Origin: Geosiphon pyriformis uo1
Taxonomy: Eukaryota > Fungi > Glomeromycota
Length of the DNA stretch: 64,000 bases
Direction: 5' to 3'
NCBI GenBank assembly: GCA_016748015.1
Contig: JAAOMT010000591.1
Span: 605,050 to 669,049 of the forward strand
Part shown: positions 26,601 through 38,736 of the stretch, one piece after another
Numbering within the stretch: position 1 is the stretch's first letter
Layout of the letters: every line of letters starts with the position of its first letter
Notes under the pieces: model-generated
What the model was told of the DNA's origin: nothing
What the model saw: only the letters and a program-made list of their open reading frames with translations
Database searches by the model: none
Position numbers and translations under genes: made by a program

Positions 26601-29307
26601 TCATATCTTGGTCTCACTAAAAATCAGAATTTTTATAGTTCTATACTTTTAGAAGGGAAGAATATAGAAGAGACTCCCATCTCTTTAAGGCAAAATCAAA
26701 TTAACAATACCATTCCACCCACCACCATTACTGAAGACACCACTTTTGCTGCCATATTTTCCTTTGATATTGACCACCTGAACACCACTAGTCTTTTCAG
26801 TAGAGCCATCATTAATCAGGATAAACCAATTACAGCTCTGTACACCGATGCTAGAATCGGGAACATAGATATTAAGTTAATTCTAAACAGTGGTTCAGTA
26901 GACAGTATAATAATAAAACAACTCATGGATTAATTAGGTTACTGAATAAATCGTGCTGCAACTGCCCGAATTATCACAGCAAATGGCAATACCAAGACTC
27001 CCATTAGAGAAATCAATAATTTTTCCTTTGAGATTAACAGAATCTAGATTTCTACTAAAGTCCTGATTATGGAAGCCACGCAATATTAAGCCCTTGTCAA
27101 AAATAACTGGTTGGCCAAAGCTCATGCCACTCTTGACTGGAACACACAGGAATTACAGATCATCTTTAATGAATGACATGCCTGAATCCTGGCTATGTGC
27201 AGACATTTCTAAGTCCAAAGCTCGGAGGAACCACTAATTGAATTCAAAAACACAACACCACCACCTACCATAGAAACCTATCAAGTTTTGTGGGTGGATG
27301 ATTTTCGAACAGAGTTACCCCCACCACTAACTTGGGAAGAAAAAAGAAAGAGAAAAGTAGAAAAACTACAATCGGCACTTGTAAGCTACTCTGCCCCAAG
27401 TTAAGGAAATCAATGGTATCAAACCCTGAAATTAAACTGTGTTGACTGTGGGAAAAAGTTATCCTTCATGGGCACGTGTATAGAAAATAATGAAGAATGG
27501 CCAACTGCCACAAAATACTATTGCAGACCATATGTAATGGAAAGATTTGGAAAACTGAAACAACAAGACAAATAGAACAGTACACCATATCTTGTCTGTG
27601 GCGAGATTCTGCCAGATAAAGAATTCTGGAATGATATACCTGGCAGAGGAGGAACATGTGATGAAGCATGTCAATATACTATCTTAATTAATGATTGGAT
27701 ATAAAAGGAAACTCCGATCAAGAATGCCTGGAGATAAGCACTCAATCGATTAAACAGTTACCTGCACAATGAGCACAAAATATGGAGAATGGCCAGTGCC
27801 AAAGCCAGAGGTGCCACATTCAGCAAAATACAAGAAATCAAAGAAAATCTATTTGTACTTGAATATGATGGACCCAATTACTTTATTAAAAATTTCTTTA
27901 TGGATGACCCAGACACATTTCAGAACTGTTACCAAGAATTGGCCCTAACTTGAAAAGAACAGGAACAGAGACTAGCTGACTTAAATACCAAACTGTGTGA
28001 TCATTGTTTAATCCCTTGTCACTTCCAGTACTGTGACAAATGTGATTTCATGTTCAATCCACCTCCAAGAATACTGTTTCCAATCACTGAACTACTTGAG
28101 CTTGAGGAAGAAGAGGAATTAACTGTTAAGAACATGTCATTTCAAGATCCAACTGAGGAGACCAAAACAGAACAGTATTTTGCATATTCTGACCTATCCA
28201 AAGAACTAGAGCTAAAATAGTACAGTGACAATGAAGAAGGAATTTGCCCTAAAAAAACACATGACACCAATACTGGTTTTGACCTATGATACCTTGGACA
28301 ATCACCTATTATTATAGCCCCACATTCCCTTGTAAAAATAAATTTTAAGATAGCATTAGAAATTCCTGTTAGTACAATGGTACAAGTTGCCTCTCGATCT
28401 AGTTTAGCCAAGAAAAGAGTCAACATAAAAGAAGGAATTATTGATGCCAGTTACATGGAAAACATCATTGTGATACTACAGAACAATTTGGACCAACCCT
28501 ATAAAATCGAATCACAAGAAAAGATTGTCCAAGCTATCTTCCTATTCCTAGTTAAAATACCCCAATTAATCCTGGTAACAACCCAAGTAGAATTAGACCT
28601 CACTGCCCAAAAAATCAATGGGTTTGGATCAAGTAGAAGAGGAAATGTACCAATCAACTTCACAGAGAAAGACAGTAACCAAGTAGAACTTATCTACACT
28701 AATACAGTCATCTCCATTCCCTCTTACTGACAATACCTCCTTAAGGTGAATTAAAAGATCCAAGATCAAGCCCTGTTATTTGAAGCCAATCCTGAAATCT
28801 GTTCTCTAGCCGATGTTGCTAATTTATACTTATTAGCCAAAGCCCATAAACACTTCAAAATCTCCATCCACAATCCCACAGAAGATGTGATTGAAATCTC
28901 TAAAAGAACCCTTATTGGTTCCATCTTACCAGACATTCAACATTCTGAAAAACCCCAGTCTATTCCAGATTTTGCACAGCTATTCCTATTTTGTGACATT
29001 ACCTCACAAGTATGGAATTTGCCAAAAGAAAGTTACTTGTTCACACCAGAGGAGATCCATAAATTGAATTTAGGAAACTTAAGTACACTACAACAAATGC
29101 AACTCAAAGTCCTTCTGAATCAATATGCCAATATCTTTGCCAGCAAAAATAAGTTCAGATGCACTGACATCATAAAGCATCAGATTAATACGGAAAATGC
29201 TCAACCTATTAAACAATGAGCTTACTGAGTACCTCCATCTGGTGACAACTTTATCAAACAAGAAGTCCAATGAATGCTCGACAATGGCCTGATCAAAGAA
29301 TCATTAA
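23636..29307 (+). mobile_element. Family C element copy 1 (5' LTR 23636-24698, PBS 24701-24717, gag, PR, Cys domain, dUTPase), 3'-deleted at the start of RT
   Basis: LTR matches 37584 and 47688; MAYQDIAKLEKF; CYYCQKSGHIIQD; dUTPase ~28240-28645 (RSSLAKK, GIIDASY, GFGS). Confidence 0.9.
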
Positions 29308-30318
29308 ACTGAAAAGTCTTTATTGTTATTGTCATCATTATCAATATCATCAACCATGTTGTCAACATCTAATCCATCTTTCAGGCAGGCCCATTCACAT
29401 ATTTTCTCAAGATGTATTATTCTTTTCTACATCATGGTAGCAACAGCAGCCAAATCTTTATTTTGCTTAACCAACTTATTCACACATTCCTTAACTGATG
29501 CATCTATAGCAGGTGAAGTAGACAGCAATTTGGTAACCAATGCAACCAGAGCACCAACAGGTTCAACCAAAAATTTTATCAGTAAAGACAGTTCGCCAAG
29601 ATGGGATTCCAGAAAAGCCAACCTAGCTTCAACAGCAATATTAAAAGCAGAGGGAGCAGCAGGCAACCTGAGTGTTGTAGTTGAAAGGAGGGGACTACTG
29701 AGATCCAAGTTTGTATCAGCAGCAGCAGCAACAAGAGGTACCATAATGACAGCAGTTTTGGCATAAGATTTGGATCCAGCAAATGAGGATTTGAAAACTT
29801 TGGAGCCACCAGAGAAGTTGGAAGAGACTTTGGGAGAGAGAAGTGGTAATATCTTGTACTTTAAAGCCAAATGATCCAAACCTTAACATCTATAGCAGCA
29901 GCAACATCCAGAAGTTTTTTACCAGATGCAGCAGTCACATAAGGTACCAGTTTTTGAAACAACAATGTTCAAAGATTTCAAGGAATCAAAGGTAACCACA
30001 GCAAAACATTGACGTTGGTATGACTCAAGAGAGCAAAGAATAAAACAGGTATGACCACCAACTTGAGAGACCAATTCACTAATCTCATAGGCAGTACAGC
30101 CAAAAGAAAGATTGACTAACTTGGCTTTAAAAGCATCTCTTGAAGAAATAACATTATTTTGGTTAACTAAAGGTAAAATCCTAATACTGTCTTTTTTTAC
30201 CAGCACAGACCAGTAAATAAGAGCAGCAGCAGCAGAAGAAATGTTTTGAAATAAACCACAGCATATTGCCATAAGCCAGCAGGCTTTAATTTAATAGAAG
30301 TAACAACACCAAAAATAC
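29308..30318 (-). pseudogene. Fragment of a LINE-like ORF1 from another family, truncated at both ends
   Basis: WSVLVKKDSIRILP..KAKLVNL..CTAYEIS resembles WLTIVRKNAVRIYP..EAKLVGL..YTAHYLS in the ORF1 at 7221-7526; degenerate knuckle near 29890. Confidence 0.75.
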
Positions 30319-31023
30319 TGTTATGGTTGAAACCCATAATTTTTATTAGTTATCACATGTATTAGCCACTGATATCATATAATTAGCCACTGTATTTTCA
30401 GATAGTGATCATTGACCTGATCATTGACCTGATCATTGACCTGGTCATTGACCACTTTCATTAGCTATATAAGCAATGAGTTTCTTAGCAGTAGAAAATC
30501 ATCTCTCAGACAAGAATCAAATAAATAAAAATAACAATTTCATCTCAATCACTCTCTTATCGCTAATTTCCCTTTTCTTACCTTCAAGTATCTGAACATC
30601 TTAGGATAAAAGATTACTTGTTGGTCTTTTCCTGATGTATATAATTGTAGCATTTGAAGATTATTTGAATAAACGTGACTGAAAAGCACAAGTTGATACC
30701 TGATATTGAATTCTAAGAGTGCCAACATGAGACATAGAATTATACTAGTGGTGATCAATTGTTGACAGTACAGACTATTCCTCTACCTTTAGATTTCCCA
30801 GTTACCTTTGAAAAGAATAGCGACTGAGATATTTTATAAAACTAATCTCACACATTGAATCCATACTTATTCAATTTACTCATTGAAGTTGAATTCTCTT
30901 TGATTATTTCCATCACCCTACAATTCTGTTCTCCCTTGCTATCCATTAGCTTGTTATTTCAACCCATAACATAAAAGTGGTGCTCCCTGTGAGGTTGTCA
31001 AAATTCACTTATTCCCTCATTGT

Positions 31024-32568
31024 ATGGGTGATTACTCATATCTGCCACAGCAATTAGAAGAACACTTTGCAGCACACAACAGAAACAACCTAGATTTCAT
31101 TGAACTTAATTCTCTGCCCTCCTGCTTGATCTGCTTTTCCATTGAAGAACAATCTAGCAGACAATGCCAAGACTTTTGGAACTGATTCCTGAATGAGCAT
31201 TTAGCTGAAACCTACACAACTTATACAACTTATTATTTTGATCAAGCTTATTTTGAAGACAACTTTGAAAAAAGAAACAACAGTATCAATCAGCTCTTAT
31301 ATTCTACAACCTTTGAACAACAGCCCCTTGATTTCGAATATCTGAATCATCAAATTCACATTTGGATTGCTGCCCATCAATCAATAGTAACTCCCCTTAA
31401 AACAGAAAAAGAAAGCTACCAAACAGCCCTTATTTTTGATCCCTTCTTAAGTGAATCAGAGCACTCCACACAAACAGTAACTCCTGAACCAATGGCCCAA
31501 GATTCAATGCAAGTAAACATTCTGGCCACCCTCCAAGGCATACAAACTGCTTTGGGATGAAGAAACAACACCCCACTATCCCTATTTAGAGATGATGCCC
31601 AAGATCCAATTGAATAGTTAAATGATTTTGAAAGAGCAGCCAGTGCAAACTAGTATGATGATGAATACAAGTTCCAAATCGTTGGTGGCTACCTCCAAGG
31701 CTCCCCTGCTACCTGGTTTTTACAAGAAACCAATGCTGGTGCTCAACAAAGAATTGTTAAATGGACCCCAGCAAATATTGAAAAAAACAATATTTCTTTC
31801 ACTACCCGATTTGAAAACAAATTCAGAACCCCTATCTTAATATCCAAATGGCATATGGAATTAGAAAAAAAAACCCAAGGTCCTGGTGAAATTGTGACCA
31901 AATATGCCAAAGCAATCAGAAAACTCATTAAGCGTATAGACTCTGGTAGAAACTGGACTGAAGAGCAAAAGATCCACTCCTTCACAAAAGAATTGAGAAC
32001 TGATTTATCATATGCTCTTTGGCCTCTCTTGGCTCTGAAAGACAACCCTACAATGAATATGGCTATTGAACTCGCCCAAAAGATTGAAGATAACCAAAGG
32101 ATGCATCTGGGATCCACACTTTTAATTTTTGCTTCTGCTCCTGTCATGGCCTCTGCTCCTCAAGTGGCTGCTACTTTTTTTGCTGCCCAAATCCAAGTCC
32201 CAAATGAACAATTGATAGATAGACTCACAGCTAACCTTGCCCGGTTATTAGAACCATTAACACAAGCAGTTAGAGATAACCAGCAACCACCAAGACCTAG
32301 ATATGAACCTCGTTTTGACCAGCCCCAGCAACCTCCCTATCAAAGACAGCAAAATCATGGCCCACCTGTGTGCTATTATTGTGGATTAACTGGACATTAT
32401 TCAAGAGATTGTAACAATTCTCCACTGCCTTCTCCAGCTCTCAGAAACAATGACAACCAAAACAACAGACCCAATAACAACAACAATGTCCCCAATCATG
32501 CCAACATCAATTTCTTTGAAGAGGATCCCTTAGTTGAAGCCACAGTTTATCAGCCTTTAAACTGGTAG
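31024..32568 (+). pseudogene. Family A gag with N-terminal extension, retrotransposon gag core and CCHC knuckle
   Basis: MGDYSYLPQ start; QGPGEIVTKYAKAIRKL; CYYCGLTGHYSRDC; several TGA/TAG decay stops. Confidence 0.88.
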
Positions 32569-32603
32569 GCACACTTCCAAAGGGTGAGAGTGCAAGCCAA
32601 CCA
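32556..32603 (+). promoter_or_regulatory. Putative -1 programmed ribosomal frameshift signal (U_UUA_AAC plus downstream stem-loop)
   Basis: Heptamer is correctly phased in gag two codons before the gag stop; the -1 frame is open into pol 32652-34796; GCAC..GTGC and TGGTAGGC..GCCAACCA pairings follow. Confidence 0.8.
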
Positions 32604-32651
32604 GAAGAAAACCTCTTTTACGCTTTTAACTTAACTGATGATGACCATGAC

Positions 32652-35600
32652 ATGGATGAACTAGCAATCAACACCTCAGAACCAACCAGAAAGAAGAAGA
32701 AAGCCAAGATTGATTTCGTTCTAGACCCCAACAAAGCCTCAACTTCTGCTGCTAATAACAATAAGCCACCAAAGGCTAAAGTTTTTAAGAATCCTCCAAA
32801 GTTGGAACCCCCAGAAATTGTACAAAAATCTGGACCCTATTCCATTGTCAAAGATCTTATGGAAACCCCAGCACATATTACCTTTGGCCAGTTAATGACC
32901 CACCTACAGTTCAGAAAAGATCTTCACAAATCCTTGATTCCAAAGAAGAAAACACCAAAAACCCACAAGCACTCTTGCCAAGTTGGACTTGCTGACAATA
33001 GCAATGTCACCCCTCTGATTTGTAAAGCCCAAATGGCTAAATACTTCATTGATTTAATTCTGGACAGCAGATCATCTGTTAGTGTCATTGCCAAACACTT
33101 TTTGGAAGCAATTGGTAGAAAAATTGATGAACCTTCCACTAGACCAATGACCAACGTACATGGTGACAAAAAGAAAGAACTGGGTATTGCCAAAGCTGTT
33201 CCTGTCTGCATCAATGGAATCAGCATTGAAACTGACATAGAAGTTTCTGAAGCCAAGGAATACACCATCATTGTTGGCAATAAATGGCTCAAGAAAGCAA
33301 AAGCTTTACTTGATTATGAACTTTGTGAATTAACCATCAGATGTGGTGAGAAACCCATTGTGGTTAAGTGTTACCATTGGACAACTTCTCCAATACCCAA
33401 ACAAAACCAAGAAGAAAAACAATCAGATGAATCAGATGATGAAGAAAGTGATGATGAAGAAGAACAAGAAGAGCAAGAAGAAACTGCTGAACTTACCTAT
33501 ACCACCTTCACCAGCAATGGCAAACCACTGGACAATGTTAAAGCAGACAAAAAAGGAATTATTGTAAATGACAAGCTAATTTGCTGGCCTTATTATGATA
33601 TTCTTAGAAGAACCTTTGAAAAAAAATCTGGCAAGAAAGCCAAATACAGTTTTTGGTGGCATGGTTCTTGTGCCCAGTGTTGGTGCAACAAACCCTTGTA
33701 TTCTCCAAGCGATAAATGCAAATCATGCCTGATCTATTACAGAGATTGGGAACCAATCAGTTTGATACCCAGAGAAGAATTGAAAGAAGTACAGAAGTCC
33801 TTTGAGAATGAACCACCTGAGATCCAATCACTAGTTGTAGAACAAAAAAAACCCTCCCCAGAAGAAAAAAAAATAGACATTGAAAATTTGCTGGCTAGAA
33901 ATAGCCCAGTTATTTCCAAAGAAGGTGATACCCCTGGATGTATCCATGTGATACAACACACTATCACCACCAGAGAAATTCGACCCATCCATTTGAAGCC
34001 TTATCAATCCAATCGGCACAATAATGAGTTTATCAAGAAAGAAATAAACCAGATGAAAGAACTTGGATTCATACAAGAAACCAAGAGTGAATGGGCTTTC
34101 CCAGTTGTAGTGGTATCCAAGAAAGGTGGAACACTACACTTCTGTGTCAACTACCGCCAGTTAAATGCTATCACTGAAAAAGACATGTACCCACTTCTCA
34201 AGATTGATGCAATGTTAGACCAATTCAAAGATGCTGCTTTCTTCTCAACCATTGACTTAACCACTGGATTCTGGCAAGTAGAGATGGATCCAGAAAGCAG
34301 AAAGAAAACTGCCTTCATTACCAAGTATGGCACTTATGAATTCACAGTCATGTCTTTTAGTCTCACCAATGCCCCTTCTATCTTTCAACACTTAATGAAT
34401 AAAGTATTTGAATCAGTCAAGGAAAACTTTGTTCTAGTCTATTTGGATGACATAATAGTATACTCAAAAACCTGGGATGAACACCTGGAACATTTGCAAA
34501 AAGTTTTTGACCTCCTCAGAAATGCTGGCCTCAAGATCAACCCAATCAAATCTTTCTTTAAAAGACAATCTACCCAGTTCCTTGGTCATCTTATTACAAA
34601 AGATGGAATCTTTCCTGACCCAGCCAAAGTTGAAAAAGTCCAAAACATCAAACAATTAATGAACATTCATGAACTATGCTCTTTTCTTGGTTTGGTCTCT
34701 TATTATTGCAAATTTGTCAAGGATTTCTCCAAAATTGTCTCTCCTCTCAATCAGCTACTTAAAAAAAATGTCAATTATTATTGGGAAACACATTAGCAAA
34801 AAGTCTTTGAAACTTTAAAGGAAAAACTGGTTATAAAACTCATCCTCAAGCAACCTGATCTAGATCGACCCTTTATCTTCCACACTGATGCATCTGGCTT
34901 TGAACTTGGTGCTGTTTTCTTCCAAAAAGATGAAAATGGCAAAAAACATGCCATAGCCTATGCCAGTAGAACTTTTTCCCCAGCAGAACAGAACTATTCA
35001 GTTACTGAACAAGAATGCTTAGCAGTAGTATGGTCCACCAGTTACTGGAGTAAGTACCTTCTTGATATGAAGTTTTTGGTGGTAACAGATCACCAAGCTT
35101 TGGTTTGGCTGCACAACAAAAAGAGGCTAAAACACAAATAAATAACTCACTGGATACTCCACTTGGATGAATTTGACTATGATATTCAACATCGCAAAGA
35201 AGCTAATCATCAAAACGCTGACACTCTCTTCAGACTTACCATCCAGTGACAGAACAACCCTCTTAAACCAAACCAACTTAATTATTAATAATTCCTCTTT
35301 TTGACAAACATGATAATGGACTTGGACAATTACTCTGTCTTAATAGAATTTTTGGGTAAAGAACAATACTCACCAAAATACACATGACAACAAAGAGAAC
35401 ATTTGCGCAAACAATCAAATTTCTATTTGATTCACCAGAACCAACTTTATAAAAAAAATAGAAAAAATTCTGACTGTTCCCAGAAAATCATCAGATTTGA
35501 AGAAAGAGAAATTGTGATCTACAATATGCACACTAATCCATTAGCTGGACACTTTGGAAAAACAAAAACAATTCAGAAAACTCTAGCTTGCTATTATTGG

Positions 35601-35887
35601 CCTACCTTGGGAAAAGACATTACTGAATATATCAAAACCTGTAATATCTGCCAAAGAAGAGAAAAACCCAATTGCAAAGAAAATATTCATTCAATCTCTG
35701 TTGGTCAACTCTTTGACAGAATTGGTATAGATGTTGTTGGATTTTTAACAATAACTCCTAATGGCAATAGATACATTATCACAGCTACCGACTATCTTAC
35801 AAAGTGGGTAGAAGCAAGAGCCACTTCAGACCAAACAGCAGCCTCAATAGCCAATTTCATTTATGAAGATATTTTTTGTCATCATGG
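32652..35887 (+). pseudogene. Family A pol: protease, acidic and short Cys region, RT, RNase H, integrase N-half; no dUTPase
   Basis: LILDSRS; FCVNYRQLN; VYLDDII; HTDASG; MH..PLAGHFG..C..C; FDRIGIDVVG; DYLTKWVEA. Confidence 0.93.
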
Positions 35888-36767
35888 TGTTACCAGACAA
35901 AATTAGAGATATTATTTAGCATAAAATTATCTTATAAATCCTATTATTAATTAGCATATATTATCATTTCAAATTATTACTTATTACATTAGCAAAATGT
36001 CCAAAATTATTATTTAATTAATAACCCAATTTGTACACAACACAAATGTAACCTAATTGTGATGATCAAATCATGCAATACCCCAAACTATGTAACATTT
36101 AAAAGTTCGCTGAAATTTGTAGAAATTTGCCGAAATAATTGATAGTTTACTGAAATATCTAATAGTTTGCTGAAATAACTTGTAGTTCGCCAAAATGTAT
36201 CTTTAGTTCAGTGAAATTGTAGAAAATAGCAAAGTTCAAGTTCATAGAATAATGTTACGACAAGTTGTATAAAAGAAGAGCATCTCTCTTCAAAAAAATG
36301 TATCTTACTTTAGTTTTATCACTTAGAACCATTCCTATACACACAAAAAGAAATAAATATCAAATAATTCGAAAAACCAAATTCTCTAATTATTTGCACT
36401 TAGAAAATCCCCAAGAACCCAACTAACATTTTGAAATTGATTAGCTACCAATTTCAGTAAACTGTTAGTGACTCCAGGCCTGGATAGAAAACGTTTTTCT
36501 TGACAAAATTCTATTTCTTTTACATTTCTTTTCTTTTTTTTCTTTTCTTTTCTCATTACAATCATTAAGGTAGCCTACAGACGAGATTCCTGTAAAAGAG
36601 TTGACTTTCACAGCAAAGTAACTATACATTTTAGTGAGCTTCCAAACAAGCAATTCCTGAGAAAGAGTTGACATTTACTACAACGTAACTACATAAAGTA
36701 ACTGGCAAGAAATTGGCCATTCTACTTATAAGCCCAGCAGTTCAAATTATAGAAGATAATTTGAAGA
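35888..36767 (+). repeat. Family B LTR, 3'-truncated by a deletion
   Basis: TGTTACCAGAC start; matches 41121-41977, then switches to family D RNaseH/IN sequence. Confidence 0.88.
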
Positions 36768-37583
36768 GAAAAAAAAATAGAAATGCTAATGGCTTGTCAT
36801 AAATAAGACAAATCTAAAAACATTTGAACCCAAAAATATAACAAAAAATAAATACACAAAAATATTAACAACTCCAATATTATATTAATACTCAACAGTT
36901 CAAGAAGAAATTATATCAAAAAGAACAAAACAATATAAAACAACAATCAAAATATTTTATTACTTACCAAAATACATTATATCAAAAAAACAAAAAAAAT
37001 CCAAGTCAATTACTCAGAGTAATCACAGAACTAAAGAAAGGAACAATACTATACAATATGCACTCAGATCTGACAACAAAATATTTTCATAAAGAAGCAA
37101 CCATAAAAAGAACCAAAAAAAGGTATTACTGGCCATTAATATATTCAAACATCATCCAATATGTTCAAAATTGTAATGCTTGTCAAAAAAAAGGAGGAAC
37201 AAAATCCAGTAAACCATTAAGACCAATTAAAGTGAGACAACTATTTAATAGAATTAGAATTGACTTAGTCAGATCATTAACAATAATCAGCAGAAGCAAC
37301 TATTATATAATAGTAGTTATAGACTATCTTACAAAATAGCCAGAGATGAAAGCAATTCAAAGAGCAGATGCAAAATCCATAGCTAAATTTGTTTATTAAG
37401 ATTTGGTTTGTTAACATAAATGTCAAAAAAAATTGTTATTAGATTAAGGAACTCACTTTGTAAACAGAACATTAGCAGAATTAAGCCAAAAATTTAGAAT
37501 CAAGAGACTATTTCATCATCATATTATTCACAAACAAATAGTTTAGTTGAAAAGTTCAACAGAATATTATGTAAAGCAATCGC
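36768..37583 (+). pseudogene. Inner D: end of RNase H and integrase N-half
   Basis: Collinear with 51360-52170; MHSDL..YYWP..CNACQ; DYLTK. Confidence 0.85.
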
Positions 37584-38736
37584 TGTTACCTGAGTAGAAA
37601 AACCGATCCAAAGTTATGAAAAAACGTGACCAAAATGTGACATAATACAGAATAATGCACAATAACATTGGATAACACGTTATAACATAGGATAACGTGT
37701 TATAACACAGGATAACACAGAATAGTGCACAATAACATAGGATAACGTGTTATAACGTAGGATAACACAGAATAACATGTAATAATATTAGATAACGTGT
37801 TATAACATAGGATAACTAACGATAACATAGAAAAACGAAGCAATAACAGAAACAACAAAGCAATAATTAGCAATAGCGAGACAATTGAAAGCAATCCTGT
37901 AAAACCAAAAGAATGTATAAAAGCAAGTAGTTGTAGAAGTGAGAAAAGACAGACAGATAGATACAAACCTCTAGACAAGAATTAAATATTCATACCTCTT
38001 CATCTTTTATTATCTTCCCTATTTCATCTTCTGAAATAAACCAATTATTAAAAAGATATCAGAATCACGAATTTATGTTCTCAAACTTCGTGGAATTTAT
38101 GTGAATTAACCCTTGTCTCGTACCTCTGTTCTAGGACAGATGTTTTTAGCATAACCACCTCGAACCTATTAACGATTTGGACCGATCGCTCTTGATCACG
38201 GTAATTGACAATACTAATTTATCTTTTCTCTCTTTCTTTTTTTTTTTCTTTTTTTTTTTCTTTTTTTTTTCTTTTTCTGTCTTATTTTTGTAGAGTGGCA
38301 ACATAGTAAAATTGACTGTTTGAGAATAGACTTCGTGATAGCCTGGTAAAAGAGAAAAGCTCCCTCTAAGTTTTGAATATTAACATTATCTTGTTAGTTT
38401 ACCAGAAGGGTGAAAAGACAACACTAGACCCTAATGACTGCACTCATTAGCTCGGAGAAGAAAGCTCACATTTACGAAAAACGTTGCAATCAATGAAAGA
38501 CAAACTCTGTGCCTTATAACCAAAGAACTCAATAGGTAAATTCACATCCAGAAATAGACCTTCAGAGACTGATAATCAAGACTAAGCCAACAGAATTACA
38601 TGGAAGACACATCATCCATAATTGAGAGCACCAAATGTTACCATTTTCTATATTTACCAAGTTTACCTGTAACATTTGGTGCTCCCTGTGAGGTTATAAA
38701 TCCACAGAGACAGAGCACCCCCAAAAATACATAAAA

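Larger units (their letters stand above)
30319..35887 (+). mobile_element. Family A Ty3/gypsy element (5' LTR 30319-30971, PBS 30978-30994, gag, pol to mid-integrase); 3' part missing
   Basis: ~15-bp terminal inverted repeats TGTTATGGTTGAAA/TTTCAACCCATAACA; TATATAA 30466; domains in gypsy order PR-RT-RH-IN. Confidence 0.94.

Noticed and set aside
32545-32582. 38-nt GT..AG intron fusing gag and pol
   Set aside because: It is formally in frame but very short and lacks a clear branch point; the phased UUUAAAC plus hairpin explains the layout better. Not fully excluded.
37640-37830. Periodic repeats as a CRISPR array (also 9361-9480, 17788-17940, 55691-55850)
   Set aside because: There are no unique spacers and no cas genes; these are degenerate tandem units inside LTR U3 regions.
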